From: Malacoraja senta
Taxonomy: Eukaryota
Length of the DNA: 64,000 nt
Assembly (NCBI GenBank): GCA_038087875.1
Contig: JAXLNO010000146.1
Coordinates: 496,001-560,000, forward strand
Direction: 5' to 3'
Every line of letters begins with the position of its first letter. The first letter of the stretch is position 1. Below are positions 52,101-63,900 of the stretch, piece by piece. The notes under the pieces were generated by a model. The model was not told where the DNA came from, ran no database searches, and worked only from the letters and a program-made list of their open reading frames with translations. A program made the position numbers and the translations under genes.

Positions 52101-54456
52101 CGGAGTGAGCGGGACATTTGGATCAACCGGAGTGCAGGGCCAACAAGTCAAGTCAAGTCAAATCAAGTAAAGTCAAGTCAAGTCAAGCACAGTGAGTGCA
52201 GTGCCAACAATCCATTTCAAGTCAAGTCAAGTCAATCCATTTCAAGTCAAGTCAAGTCAATTCATTTCAAGTCAAGTCCAGTCAAGTCAAGTCAATCCAT
52301 TTCAAGTCAAGTCAATCCAAATCAATCCAAGTCACTACAAGTCAATCCAAGGGAATCCAAGGCAATCCAAGCCAAGCCAAGTCAAGTCAAGTAAAGCCAA
52401 GCACAGCGCAAGCGGGGCCAACAATACAATCCATTTGCCAACAAAGTCAATCCATTTCAAGTCAAGTCAAGTCAAGTCAATCCATTTCAAGTCAAGTCAA
52501 CTCAATCCATTTCAGGTCAAGTCAAGTCAAGTCAATCCATTTCAAGTCAATCCAAGTCAATCCATGACAATCCACGTCAATCAAAGTCAATCCAAGTCAC
52601 TCCAAGTCACTCCAAATCTCTCCTAGTCACTCCACGTCACTCCAAGTCAATCCAAGTCAAGTCAATCCAAGTCAATCCTAGTCAATCCAAGTCAAGTCAA
52701 ATAAAGTCAAGTCAAGTCAATCCAAGTCAATCCAAGTCAATCCAATTCAATCCAACTCAATCCAAGTCAATCCAAGTCAATCCAAGTCATCCAAGGCAAT
52801 TCAAGCCAAGCCAAGTCAAGTCAAGTAAGGCCAAGCCAAACACAGGGCAGGCGGGGACAACAATACAATCCATTTGCTTTCATTTCAGGTCAAGCAAAGC
52901 AAAGGCAAAGCAAAAGCAAACGCACAGGGAAGGCGGGGACAGCCAACAATACAATCCATTTGCTTTCATTTGAGGTCAAGCAAAGCAAAAGCAAAAGCAC
53001 AGGGCAGGTCAAACAAGTCATTGCATTTTCATTTCATTTCCATTTCCATTTCCATTGAAGTTTCAAGCACAGGGCTGGCTAAATTATTCATTGCATTTTC
53101 ATTTAATTTCCATTTCCATCGCAGTTTCAAGCACAGGGCAGGCCAAACAACTCATTGCATTTTCACTTTGGGCTAACAAATTATTTATTGCCAATACATT
53201 GCTGACTCTCAGTTCAGTTGAATCACAGCTTAGAATCACAGTTGGGGACTCTCCCTCATAATTTTCCAGAGTGAGTGACTCACGTCCGGCATCCGGGGCT
53301 AAATACTCCCGCTCCCCCCCCCGGAAGGGGCGTTGCCTTCACCATGGTGAGAGGACCAATCAGCAAATCTCACGGTTTTTTAAACATTCATTTTTTTTTA
53401 TTTTTTAGCGATCGGAGTAAGATGACAAAAATCATAGCGATATAGGGTACCGTTTTTTCTAAAAATCAATTAACTATTTGGAGAGGAAATGGTCAAGATG
53501 AGACTTTTAGTATAATGACAGATATTATTAATTCAGATGAATGGATTACAGGTAACATTAGCAAATTTGCACATGACACAAAGCTGGGTGGCAGTGTGAA
53601 CTGTGAGGAGGATGCTATGAGAATGCAGGGTGACTTGGACAGGTTGGTTGAGTGGGCAGAGGGCATGGCAGATGCAGTTTAATTTGGATAAATAAATTAT
53701 CCTTCTTTGGTTGCAAAATAGGAAGGCAGATTATTCTCTAAATGGTGTCAAATTGTGAAAACTGGAAGTACAACGGGATCCGGGGGTCCTTGTTCATCAG
53801 TCAATGAAAGTAAGCATGCAGGTGCTGCAGGCAATGAAGAATGCGAATGGCATGTTGGCCTTCATACAAGAGGAGTCGAGTATAGGAGCAGATAGGTCCT
53901 TCTGCAGTTGTACAGGCCCCTAGTGGGATCACACCTGAGTATTGTGTGAAGTTTTGATCTCCAAATTTGAGGAACGACATTCTTGCTATTGAGGGAGTGT
54001 AGCGTAGGTTCACAGGATTAATTCCCGGGGTGGTGGGACTGTCATATGCTAAGAGAATGGAACGGCTGGGCTTGTATATTCTGGAATTTAGAAGGGTGAG
54101 AGGGGATCTTATTGAAACATATAAGATTATTAAGGGTTTGGACACGCTAGAGGCAGGAAACATATTCCCGATGTTGGGGGACTCCAGAACCAGGTTTAAG
54201 AATAAGGGGTAAGCAGTTTAGAACGGAGATAAGGAAACAATTATTTCACACAGAGAGTTGTGAGTCTGTGGAAGACGGTTTTCTGGATACTTTCAACAGA
54301 GAGCTAGATAGGGTTTTTAAAGATAGCGGAGTTAGGGGATATGGGGAGAAGGCAGGAACGGGGTACTGATTGTGTATGATCAGCCATGATCACATTAAAT
54401 GGCGTTGCTGGCTCGAAGGGTCGAATTGCCTACTCATGCACCTATTGTCTATTGCC
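49160..54456 (+). mobile_element. CR1 ORF2 and 3' tail, split by a Helitron
   Basis: Endonuclease and RT remnants; CR1 sequence continues across 50949|53523 (acaataaa|tattattaattcagatg). Confidence 0.9.
50950..53522 (-). mobile_element. Complete non-autonomous Helitron (2573 bp) with CA and (AAGTC)n/(AATCC)n tracts
   Basis: 5' TC at 53522, 3' hairpin GGGACCC-aaa-GGATCCC then cttagtCTAG. Inserted between A and T of a CR1 with no target duplication. Confidence 0.85.
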
Positions 54457-54837
54457 TAAACAGCCACTTTTTTGTTATGTGTTGTGCAATATTTCTGTCA
54501 CATCTTCAAACTCATTCATAGTCTCGGTATTTTAATTGTTCGCATAATCATAGATATCTCCTCAGATTTTAATTGCACATGATACTTGTAAAACATAAGA
54601 GAGGGTGCATATTGCAATTTATTGGTGCAGCTAATGGAGAAATTTCAAAAGAAACCGCATTAAAGCGTTTACAAAAATATTTAAGCTGATAACCGATGTT
54701 TGATGTATTGACGATTTCAACAGCAGAAACATGTCTCTACAGACTACCATTTTAACAGTGATGAAGGGCATGAAACAAACAACCTAATTAACGTGACCGT
54801 GATTGAATAATACCAATCTCATAGCGTGTTGATTCCA

Positions 54838-54935
54838 CCCTTGAGGTTTCTGTAAAGTATAAGTGCGAGCTAACTTTGAAATCGGGAGATCCGTGAGCCT
54901 ATTGAACTGACTAGGAAGGCATCTTCCAACTAACT
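54838..54935 (+). promoter_or_regulatory. Proximal promoter/5' UTR conserved between the GPCR paralogs
   Basis: Aligns to 5947-5850 on the minus strand, with identical 98-nt spacing from ccctYgaggttt to the ATG. Confidence 0.6.
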
Positions 54936-55005
54936 ATGAACAAGCCTGCACTCCTGAAGACCGAGAGTATTTACTATCCCATTCTTGCAATCATTGGAGT
55001 CCCAG
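54936..55005 (+). CDS. Exon 1 of the intact GPR139/GPR142-like GPCR (MNKPALLKTESIYYPILAIIGVP)
   Basis: ATG with A at -3, 70 nt, CAG|GTAGG donor, phase 1. Confidence 0.9.
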
Positions 55006-57921
55006 GTAGGTGAGCCAGAGAATGGTTTTACAGATGTACGTTGATGTGCTTGACAGACGATATTGAACATCATGGAAAACATATCTGAAAACATTACAGA
55101 TGTCTATGAAATTATTATTGCAAACAAAGTGCTGTCAAAAACAAAGTATCGTGCTGATCTCACTTATGTACTGGATCTAAAAATCATCTGGAAAAATGAT
55201 TGAATTTCTCTGACGATAAAATTATATATAAACGTTTTATAAGTAATATAATATTCTATATATTTTATATTAGTCAAGTCCACTGGATACAACAAGCCCT
55301 CCTTCTCCACCTCATACACAGTCCACCTGAACAATGGCCGATTCAACGCTTCCAAAGAGGGGTCTGCATATAAACGCGGTGTTTCAAGCTCTTTCTATTT
55401 TCATTCCATGCAGTTGATTTTGCATAGCTTCATTATATGAAGAACATGTAAACGTACGGTGGCTTGCTGCTGAGCATTATCGATCACAACTGATTTTAAC
55501 TTTAGACTTCACGGCCGAAATTAAAAAAACAACGGTTTGATGGACGCTGTTCTCTGTATTCTGTAACTCTCGCTAAAGAATGTCAGTCATGTGTGCGAGT
55601 CCGTGCGCATGCTATGATCGCAGGTGCCTCGTCTGTCTGATAACTTACCGCGAAATAAAACATGCAAGTCGAGGGATGCTGTCGGTGAGTTTCCATAAAA
55701 CACACGTCTTTTTATTTCCATTGTGAATGCTCAGCTAAATTAGCTCACGGTTTACTGAGGCTGAGCAACGTGGTTTCTTTTAAAGCATTGTAACATTTAA
55801 ATACAAGTTGCACAGATTGAAACTGTCTAATGATCCTGATTTGACCTAGATTTGACAGCAGGAAAAACAAAATTCGCCGTTGCATTTCAGGAAGATTTAA
55901 TTTTTACATTCAGCAGACATTCAGTAGAAAGGTAAAACACTTGTTGCTTTTAGACACAAAATGCTGGAGTAACTCAGCGGGACAGGCAGCATCTCTGGAG
56001 AGAAGGAATGGGTGACGTTTTGGGTCACCTGTTGCTTTTAGACTGTTTTGCCAGTTTTAATCGCTAACATTTTTGTTCTTATCGCCGAGAGGTGATTAAA
56101 GTGTTGAGGATCCATCTGCAAACTGCGATGGGTTGTGTAGCGGAGATTAGGGCATGCTCCAAGTTTAGTAGTTTGGGTCGAGACTACGCCTAATCACTTC
56201 CAAGAGCACGCTCTCTCTTTACTCATGATGTTGCTGATCACCAAAAGTGTATTAGATGCGGTACATCGACATTATTGAGCTGAGATGTCGTATGTTCGCA
56301 TATAATCCATCAGACCTACAGCAGTCACAGCTCGAGAAATTGCATCGTGTTGCTTCTTTAAATGGTTACATATTTGCAAGTGTTCGAGATTATCAAACCG
56401 GAATTCAACCTCTTCCTAGAGCCCTTCAACACGTATTGTCACACGGCCAACAGGGTTATTCCGGGGATGCGCACGCAGACCTCTAGCGGATGGGTCTTAC
56501 ATTTATGTTTCCCAATGAATTCGTCTTGCAGGATAGACAACGATCCCACGCATTTAGTGGTTTGCACACTGCAAATGTTTAGCCGGAAAATGCTAACCTG
56601 TCAGTCAGTAGAGCGGGTCGGGATGTACTTGTGTTGAAAGCCGATCATGACGGTTGAAGCTGTGAACCTATCGACAGGTTGTGCCTCTGCCGTTGAGTTG
56701 TGTTGCCCGGTTTTTGTTGGCTCTGGAGCAACGGTCTGCCATCTGTGATTGACTGAATTTCAAAGCGTCAAGACACCACCGAAATAAAACTGGCGATAAA
56801 TGTTAAGTATCAAAGGTTGTCTGGCTTTTCGAAAGTCTGGACCTCGGTCCATGATATGTGTGCCGAATTCATGTGTGAATCGCATCCGCCGCACAGCCTA
56901 TGTAGCGGATATCAGACGTCAGCCTGCTTGGTCAGCCATATCGGAAATGAATGTGTGTACGTGTACTCTAAGGGGAGAGAAATGGACAGCAGGTTGCCAT
57001 GAAAATGTTAACGATTGTCCCAGCTAATTTATTACAGTAGAGGAACAGAATGAGGAATGTGAGAAGTGTGTAAGCAGAGGGGAGCAACAATGTACATGCT
57101 GCTGTGAGCTCTAAATATCACATTTGCAGATAAGCTGCGAAAATTAAATCTGTGCGATTATCAGTGGGGAGGCGCGGTTTCCACGAGATAAACTAAGGTA
57201 ACATGAGTGCCACACACGTGACAAATAAAATCTGAAATTAATAATTATCTCTAAACATCCTTGGTCGACGGGTATCCAGCTGCAAATGGGCTTTGGACTT
57301 CAGGCCAGGCAGGCTCCTATCACGTGGAATTGGTTTTACCGTCTCCACAAGGATAGCCCACAATACTGCTACTGCTCGGAGCTGTGTGCTCAGTCCATGC
57401 TCTACTCCAAATACACCCATGTGTGTTTGACCACGTACAACAATAACTCGGTGTTTAAGTATGCCGATGATGCCACTGCTGACGGGCACTTCGACAAGAA
57501 TGATGAGACTAAGTAGAGGAAGGAAATCCGGTACATAGTGTCATTAAGTCAGGACACTATCTAGCCGTTAACATCTCGGCGACACAGTTGGTGTGAACTA
57601 AAGGAAGCGGAGAGGACAAACACCGCCCCATCTCATCTCTAGATGTGATCAACATTTCGTGTTATGTGGCATTAATATCACCAAAACAATAGCTGGTCCC
57701 TTCACGGAGATGCGATAACAACAAAGCGCAACAGTCTGTTCACTTTATGAGAAGTCTGAGAATTAAAAGGGGTCCAATCGTAAACCTGTGTAATATAGTT
57801 TGTTATTCCAAAGTGTTATAGGCAAGAAAAACTCGTACACGCATGACAAATTGAAGCAAATGAATATATATTTCGCGGGTTATTTCTCGTTCGTAATTCA
57901 ATTTTCATCTTTTGGATGCAG

Positions 57922-58868
57922 CAAATTTGGTGGCAATCCTTATCCTGTCGTCTGGAAAGTGCGGCCTCACTAGATGTGTCATCCAGTATCTGAAATCAAT
58001 GGCGGTAGCTGATCTAATGGTATTGGTTTCCAGTGTAATACTCTATGAGATTAAAGAGGCATATTTTCCGCATTCATTCCTCAATTACACCCCCATTTGC
58101 AGTTTTGTTATTACACTGATTTATATTTCGCTCGATTGTTCCGTCTGGCTGACTGTCACTTTTACATTCGATCGATTTGTTGCTATATGTTGCCAGTCGT
58201 TGCGTTCAAAATATTGTACCATGAAGACGGCATTGAAAGTAATAACAGCGGTGTTTATGTTGAGTATTTTAGAAAATATTCCAATCTACTTTATATTTGA
58301 ACCACGCGAAGTAATTAATGATATCCCATGGTCCTGTTATGTAATATCAAGTTTCTACACATCACCCTCCTGGTTCGCGTATTTATGGTTTGAAACACTC
58401 TTAACCCCATTTGCGCCATTTGTGTTGATTCTTCTGCTTAATACCTTGACCATAAAGCATATTATCATGGCCAACAGAGTCAGGAGCAAGCTCCGAGGGA
58501 GTAATAGAGAGGCATGTCAGACTGATCAAGAGACTGAGAACAGAAGGAAATCGATTATTTTACTCGTTGCAATATCTGGCAACTTTATTTTCTTATGGAT
58601 GGTAAACCTTGTGTGCTTCATCTGTATACAGTTTACAGATGCTCAATTGTTGGAAACAGATTACAACGACTCGTTCACCATTGCGGCAAAAAGTGGCTAT
58701 ATGCTGAGGTATTTGAGTACTTGCACAAACACTTTCATTTATGCAGTTTTTCAGAGACACTTCAGAGAGGAACTGAAGAATGTAATTTCACGTCCCTTTC
58801 TTGCCATTGCTAATATATTCAAACGTTTGAACACAAAAATAACTGTATCCAAATATGTAATGAAGTGA
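57922..58868 (+). CDS. Exon 2 of the intact GPR139/GPR142-like class A GPCR (338 aa spliced)
   Basis: Pyrimidine tract and gcAG acceptor. Open frame with GVPAN, MAVADL, TFDRFVAIC, TM3/ECL2 cysteines, NTFIY and FREEL; seven hydrophobic segments. Family assignment is from motif recall; orthology not established. Confidence 0.93.
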
Positions 58869-60882
58869 TAATTTGCGAGGCACACATATATATCTGTAAC
58901 ATGTAATAGGATTTGTCGTGGTATCCCTTTCCACAATTTCTTGGGATTTTGTTTCCCTATTTAGTTACCATGAACCAATAATAAACCAAAGAGATATTTT
59001 TGAAATATAATGTACGGTCATTGAAATAGTATATTTGTTTCCATTTACTCATCCCATTTATGACGACAATTTAGTTTGAAGTCCATTGTCTACCATCAGA
59101 AACAGAAAATCGTTCAAGTCAGTATAATATGGTTTATTATAAACCCGGCGGAATTAAAGACAGACGGAATTTTAAAATAACGTTTTGTGGCCTGACGGAC
59201 GCCAAGGGTAACTGAAAATTTAAATGATGTTCCTTCCCTCTGAGCTGATGGAAGCTTTTAACAACGATATCATCCAACCTTAAACACAGTTCCTCTTCTT
59301 TTTGCCTTTCAATTCTGCACGTGCCTCTTATAATTTCATATAACTGTATCAGTTCGTCCCGGTTTTCCCATTTCTCGGCATCCTTTGCGCAATGCATTGG
59401 CCTTCTTTACCCACAAGTATTTGCTTTCGCAAAATTCCTCACTTCTGACATCTCAGGATAAAATTCACGTGCAATGTTCCGTCAAGGTTTCTATCTGTTC
59501 GATATTCAGCTGCAGGTTTAGTTAATTTTCCTCACGGTCCACAACATCCATGTTTTTCCTGTCATCCTCAAACTCACTAAGCATATCTCCAACATACGCA
59601 CCGAATTAGCAATTATATGAAAAAAAGCAAAGATCCATCACCGATCTAAAGTCCACCGGTGGCCGCATATTTTCTAATGAGATAATAAATCATCCACCAC
59701 CACCCCGGGGCCTTATCACAAAAATGACAACATTGCATTGATCTCGCTGTGAATTAGAATACTGGCCTGCTCTACATTGTGAGATCTTGACACATGCCTC
59801 AATAAAATCCATTTAGGGATTGTTCACTGCCTTCATCCATATTATTAAATGCCGCAATATTTGTGAAGTGTTCCCACGTACAATTACATGCTGACTATAC
59901 CTGATGAGACAATGCTTCAGATTTCACGCTCCTTGGACCATTAGACTTTCAGACATTGGTGCACAATTAAGTTATTCGACCCGTCGACACTGCCAGTCGA
60001 TCATGGCGAATTTTCTTTCCTTCTCAACCGCATGCTCCTTCATTCTCCCAGTAGCTTTGGACGTCCTTACTGATCAAGGGCATATGTATCGGTTATCGGT
60101 TTATAAAGTACCATATGTTCCGACCTCTACTGCCACTTGTGGCAAAGACTTTCAAATATGCACCGCGTTCTGGCTAAACAATCTCCTCTTTTGACCATTA
60201 TAATCCTTATTCATTCAATGACTTCTAAGAGCACTCCATACCTTGATATGATCCATAATAGGTAAATAAACTTTTGTTACCCTGCTACAACATCATTAAA
60301 TGTTTGCACAGTTGCCGGAAAGGAAAGTGCAAATTACCGTAATGGAATAAAAGAAAAACGTGGAAGCTAAAACCTTTTATATTTCTCCACCCGAACGTTG
60401 AAAGTTGCTCGTCGCACAGATATTGGTTCTCCAGCATTTACTGTTTACACTTCAGATCAGCACATTTGTTACGATCTTCACCTTACTATCTGAATGAAGG
60501 TGGCAATTGTATAGTTTAACAACCTGCGACTCCTAAACTAGTATGAAGCAAAGAATAGGTTGTTTCTCAATCAGTCCGAGAAACATAGAAACATGAAAAA
60601 TAGGTGCAACATTAGGCCATTCGGCCCTTCATGCCAGCACCGCCATTCAATATGATCATGGCTGTTCATCTAAAATCAATACCTCGTTCCTGCTTTTTCC
60701 CCATATCCCTTGATTCCTTCATCCCTAAAAGCTAAATTTAACTTTCTCTTGAAAACAGACAGTGAATTGACCGCCATTGCCTTCTGGGGCAGAGAATTCC
60801 ACAGATTCTCAACTCCCTTGGTGAAAACGTTTTTCCTCATCTCAGTCCTAAATGGCCTGCCCCTTATTCTTAAACTGTGGCC

Positions 60883-61179
60883 AGACAAAAATGCTGTAGA
60901 AACTCAGCGGGTGAGGCAGCATCTATGGAGTGAAGGAAATAGGCAACGTTTCGGGCCGAAACCCTTCTTCAGACTTATGTGAGGGGGTGGGGGGGGGGGG
61001 GGGAGAAGAAAGGAAGAGGTGGAGCCACAGGGCTGAGGGACAGCTGAGAAGGGGAGGAGACAGTAAGGAGTACCTGAAATTAGAGAAGTCAATGTTCATA
61101 CCACTGGGGTGCAAACTGCCCAAGCGAAATATGAGGTGCAGATCCTCCAATTTACTCCTCCCACCTCCAAAAAAGTTCT
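60883..61179 (-). mobile_element. Penelope 3' fragment inserted in the CR1
   Basis: Homologous to 41015-41290; flanked by a 16-bp duplication ttcttaaactgtggcc (60867-60882 and 61180-61195). Confidence 0.85.
60941..60976 (-). ncRNA. Minimal hammerhead ribozyme motif (Penelope-borne)
   Basis: AGU-CUGAAGA-A-GGGU(UUCG)GCCC-GAAA-CGUU-GCCU with intact core. Confidence 0.75.
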
Positions 61180-61879
61180 TTCTTAAACTGTGGCCCCTGG
61201 TTCTGGACACCCCCAACAGCAGGAACATTTTTCCTGAATCTATCCTGTCAAAATCCTTTAAGAATGCTATATATTTCTATAAGATGCCCTCTCATCCTTC
61301 TAAATTCCAGTTAATATAGGCCCAGTCGACCAATTCTTTCATCATATGTCAGTCCCGCCATCCCGGGAATTAACCTGGTGAACCTACACTGCACTCCCTC
61401 AAGAGCAAGAATGTCCTTCCTCAAATTAAGAGACCAAAGTTGCACACAATACTCCAGGTGTGGTCTCACAAGGGTCCTGTACAACTGCAGTAGGGCCTCC
61501 TTACTCCAAAACTCAAATCCTCTTGCAATGAAGGCCAAATTCTTCACTGCCTGCGGTACCTGCATGCTTACATTCTGTGACTGATGTACAAGGACACCCA
61601 GGTCTCGTTGCATCTCCTCTTTTCCTAATTTGACAACATTCAGACAATAATCTGATTTCCAGTTCTTGCCACCAAAGTGGATAACCTCACATTTATCCAC
61701 ATTATACAGCATCTGCCATGCATCTGCCCACTCACCCAACCTATCTAAGTCACCCTGCAGCCTCATAGCATCCTCCTCGCAGCTCACACTGCCACCCAGC
61801 TTTGTGTCATCCGCAAACTTGGAGATGGTACATTTAATTTCCTCATCTAAATCATTAATATATATTGTAAATAACTATA

Positions 61880-62240
61880 TTTTGTCCTTGTTCCAAACGT
61901 ACACTGGCACCTCGCTCAACTCTTTCTCCACTACATCAACGACTGCATCGGGGCTACCTCCTACACCCGTGCAGAACTCATTAATTTAATTAACTTCATC
62001 ATTAACCCACCCTGCCCTCACATTCACCTGGACTTTCTCTGATGCCGCTCTCCCCTCTCGTGATCTCTCTGTCTCCAACACTGGGGACAATTGTCTGATG
62101 TCTACTACAAACCTACCGACTCACACAGTTATCTCCACTACACCCTCCTCCCACCCTGACTTTTGTAAATACACTATTCCCTGCTCCCAATGTCTCTGCC
62201 TCTGCCTCATCTGCTCCCAAGATGAGACTTTCCACTTCAT
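61880..62240 (+). mobile_element. Degraded Penelope RT fragment
   Basis: YINDCIG..EL, TFTW, VYYKPTDSHSYL; resembles the reverse complement of 41950-42290. Confidence 0.7.
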
Positions 62241-62799
62241 CGATAGGTGACGTTTTGGGTTGAGATCATTCTTCAACTCTGCAGAATGCTGCCTGACCTG
62301 CCGAGTTACTCCAGCACTTTATGTCCTCTTGTGTAATATCCAACCAGCATCTTACAGTTCTTTGTTTCTACTACTTAATATGCCGTAAGACCAGCAGCAC
62401 CGCCTCTTTTATAATATGGATTCATTCCAAGACATGGCTGTTCATTTCCTGTAATTCTTGGCTCTATGACCTTCTGTCTGTAAATACAGATGCAACCTCA
62501 CCAATCTCCGGTGGATTCATACACAGACCATCATATTCATCCTGCACGGATTCTAAGCTCTCAATAATTACAATTTTTCCCTTTACATACTTGTAGAAAC
62601 TCTCAGGATACTCCTTTAACTTATCTGCCAAATCTCTCGTCTCCCTTATTTACCCTCCTGATCTCCCTGTTTCAATGTACCAGGGGTTATTTAGCTGTGC
62701 CCAGCCCGACACTGACCCTCACCCACTGACTGGTGAATCCTGAGCCCATCAGACACTGACCCCCTCATCCCCTGACCGGAACAAGGTGCCCAGCCCGAC

Positions 62800-62972
62800 A
62801 TTGACCCTCACCCACACACTGACCCTCACCCACACACTGACCCTCACCCACACACTGACCCTCACCCACACACTGAGCCTCACCCACACACTGACCCTCA
62901 CCCACACACTGACCCTCACCCACACACTGACCCTCACCCACACACTGACCCTCACTCACACACTGACCCTCA
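62800..62972. repeat. 18-bp minisatellite (ccctcacccacacactga)n
   Basis: About 9 direct copies. Confidence 0.95.
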
Positions 62973-63020
62973 GCCACTGTGGGGGACTGTGTTGCCAGCC
63001 CATCACTGCCCCTCACCCAC

Positions 63021-63087
63021 CTGCAGCCTGGGCTCCAGCCAGGAGGGCGGGCAGCAGCAGCAGCGGCAGCAGCAGCGGACACCACAT
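63021..63087 (-). CDS. Signal-peptide exon 1 (MWCPLLLPLLLLPALLAGAQAA) of a putative MHC class I-pathway gene
   Basis: Kozak gcgaccATG, poly-Leu core, A-x-A cleavage motif, CAG|GTGGGT donor (67 nt, phase 1), downstream of an SXY/ISRE promoter. Confidence 0.7.
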
Positions 63088-63089
63088 GG

Positions 63090-63385
63090 TCGCCCCCGAC
63101 TGTCCAGGTTGTGGTGAGATTGCGAGTCCTGGGCGCATGCGCGGTTCACTCCGCTCCGCTCGCCCGCCCGCCCCCCCCCCCGCACCCCGCGCTGATTGGT
63201 CGGCGCCGTGTCCGCGGCCAATCACAGTCCTGCCGGCCCGTGAGTCACCAGTCTCCGGGCAGAAGAGCCCCGAGAAGTTGGTGTAAAATAGCCCAGTCTG
63301 TCCAATCAGCAGAACAGCTGGCAACGCGTCACCGGTTGCCGGGTAGAGTAGAGCGCAACAGGTCAGCTCATGAAACCGAAAGTGT
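63090..63385 (-). promoter_or_regulatory. CpG-island promoter with ISRE-S-X1-X2-Y module
   Basis: Minus strand: ACTTTCGGTTTC (ISRE), TGACCT (S, 63365-63360), 16 nt, CCCGGCAAC (X1), CGG, TGACGCG (X2, 63331-63325), 18 nt, ATTGG (Y, 63306-63302). Also extra CCAAT boxes, GC boxes, TGAGTCA and GCGCATGCGC. Confidence 0.8.
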
Positions 63386-63412
63386 GAAGCGGGAGAGAGA
63401 GGTGGGGCCCAC

Positions 63413-63900
63413 CGACACAGACCCTGACACACAGACCCTGACGCACAAACCCTGACACACAGACCCTGACACACAGACCCTGAGACACATACCCCGACAC
63501 AGACCCTGACACGCAGAACCTGACACAGACCCTGACACACAGACCCTGACACACAGACCCTGACACAGACCCTGACACACAGACCCGGACACACAGACCC
63601 TGACACACAGACCCTGACACACAGACCCTGACACAGACACTGACACAGACCCTGACACACAGACCCTGACACAGACCCTGACACACAGACCCTGACACTC
63701 AGACCCTGACACACAGACCCTGACACACAGACCCTGACACACAGACCACGACACAGACCCTGACACGCAGACCCTGACACACAGACCCTGACACACAGAC
63801 CACGACACAGACCCAGACACACACCCTCACACACAGATCCTGACACACAGACCCCGACACACAGACCCTGAGACACATACCCTGACACAGACCCTGGGGA
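63413..63900. repeat. 12-14-bp minisatellite (acacagaccctgac)n
   Basis: Dozens of direct copies immediately upstream of the promoter. Confidence 0.95.

Larger units (their letters stand above)
60580..61875 (-). mobile_element. CR1 3' portion
   Basis: KFADDTK..RPHLEYCVQ..LGLY on the minus strand; tail near 60580. Confidence 0.9.

Noticed and set aside
52140..53180. Ser/Gln/Lys-rich ORFs
   Set aside because: (AAGTC)n/(AATCC)n simple repeats inside a Helitron.
57912..57921. ORF-track start (MDAAN) for a single-exon GPCR
   Set aside because: It is a TTG inside the acceptor region; the TM1 start is on the exon at 54936-55005.
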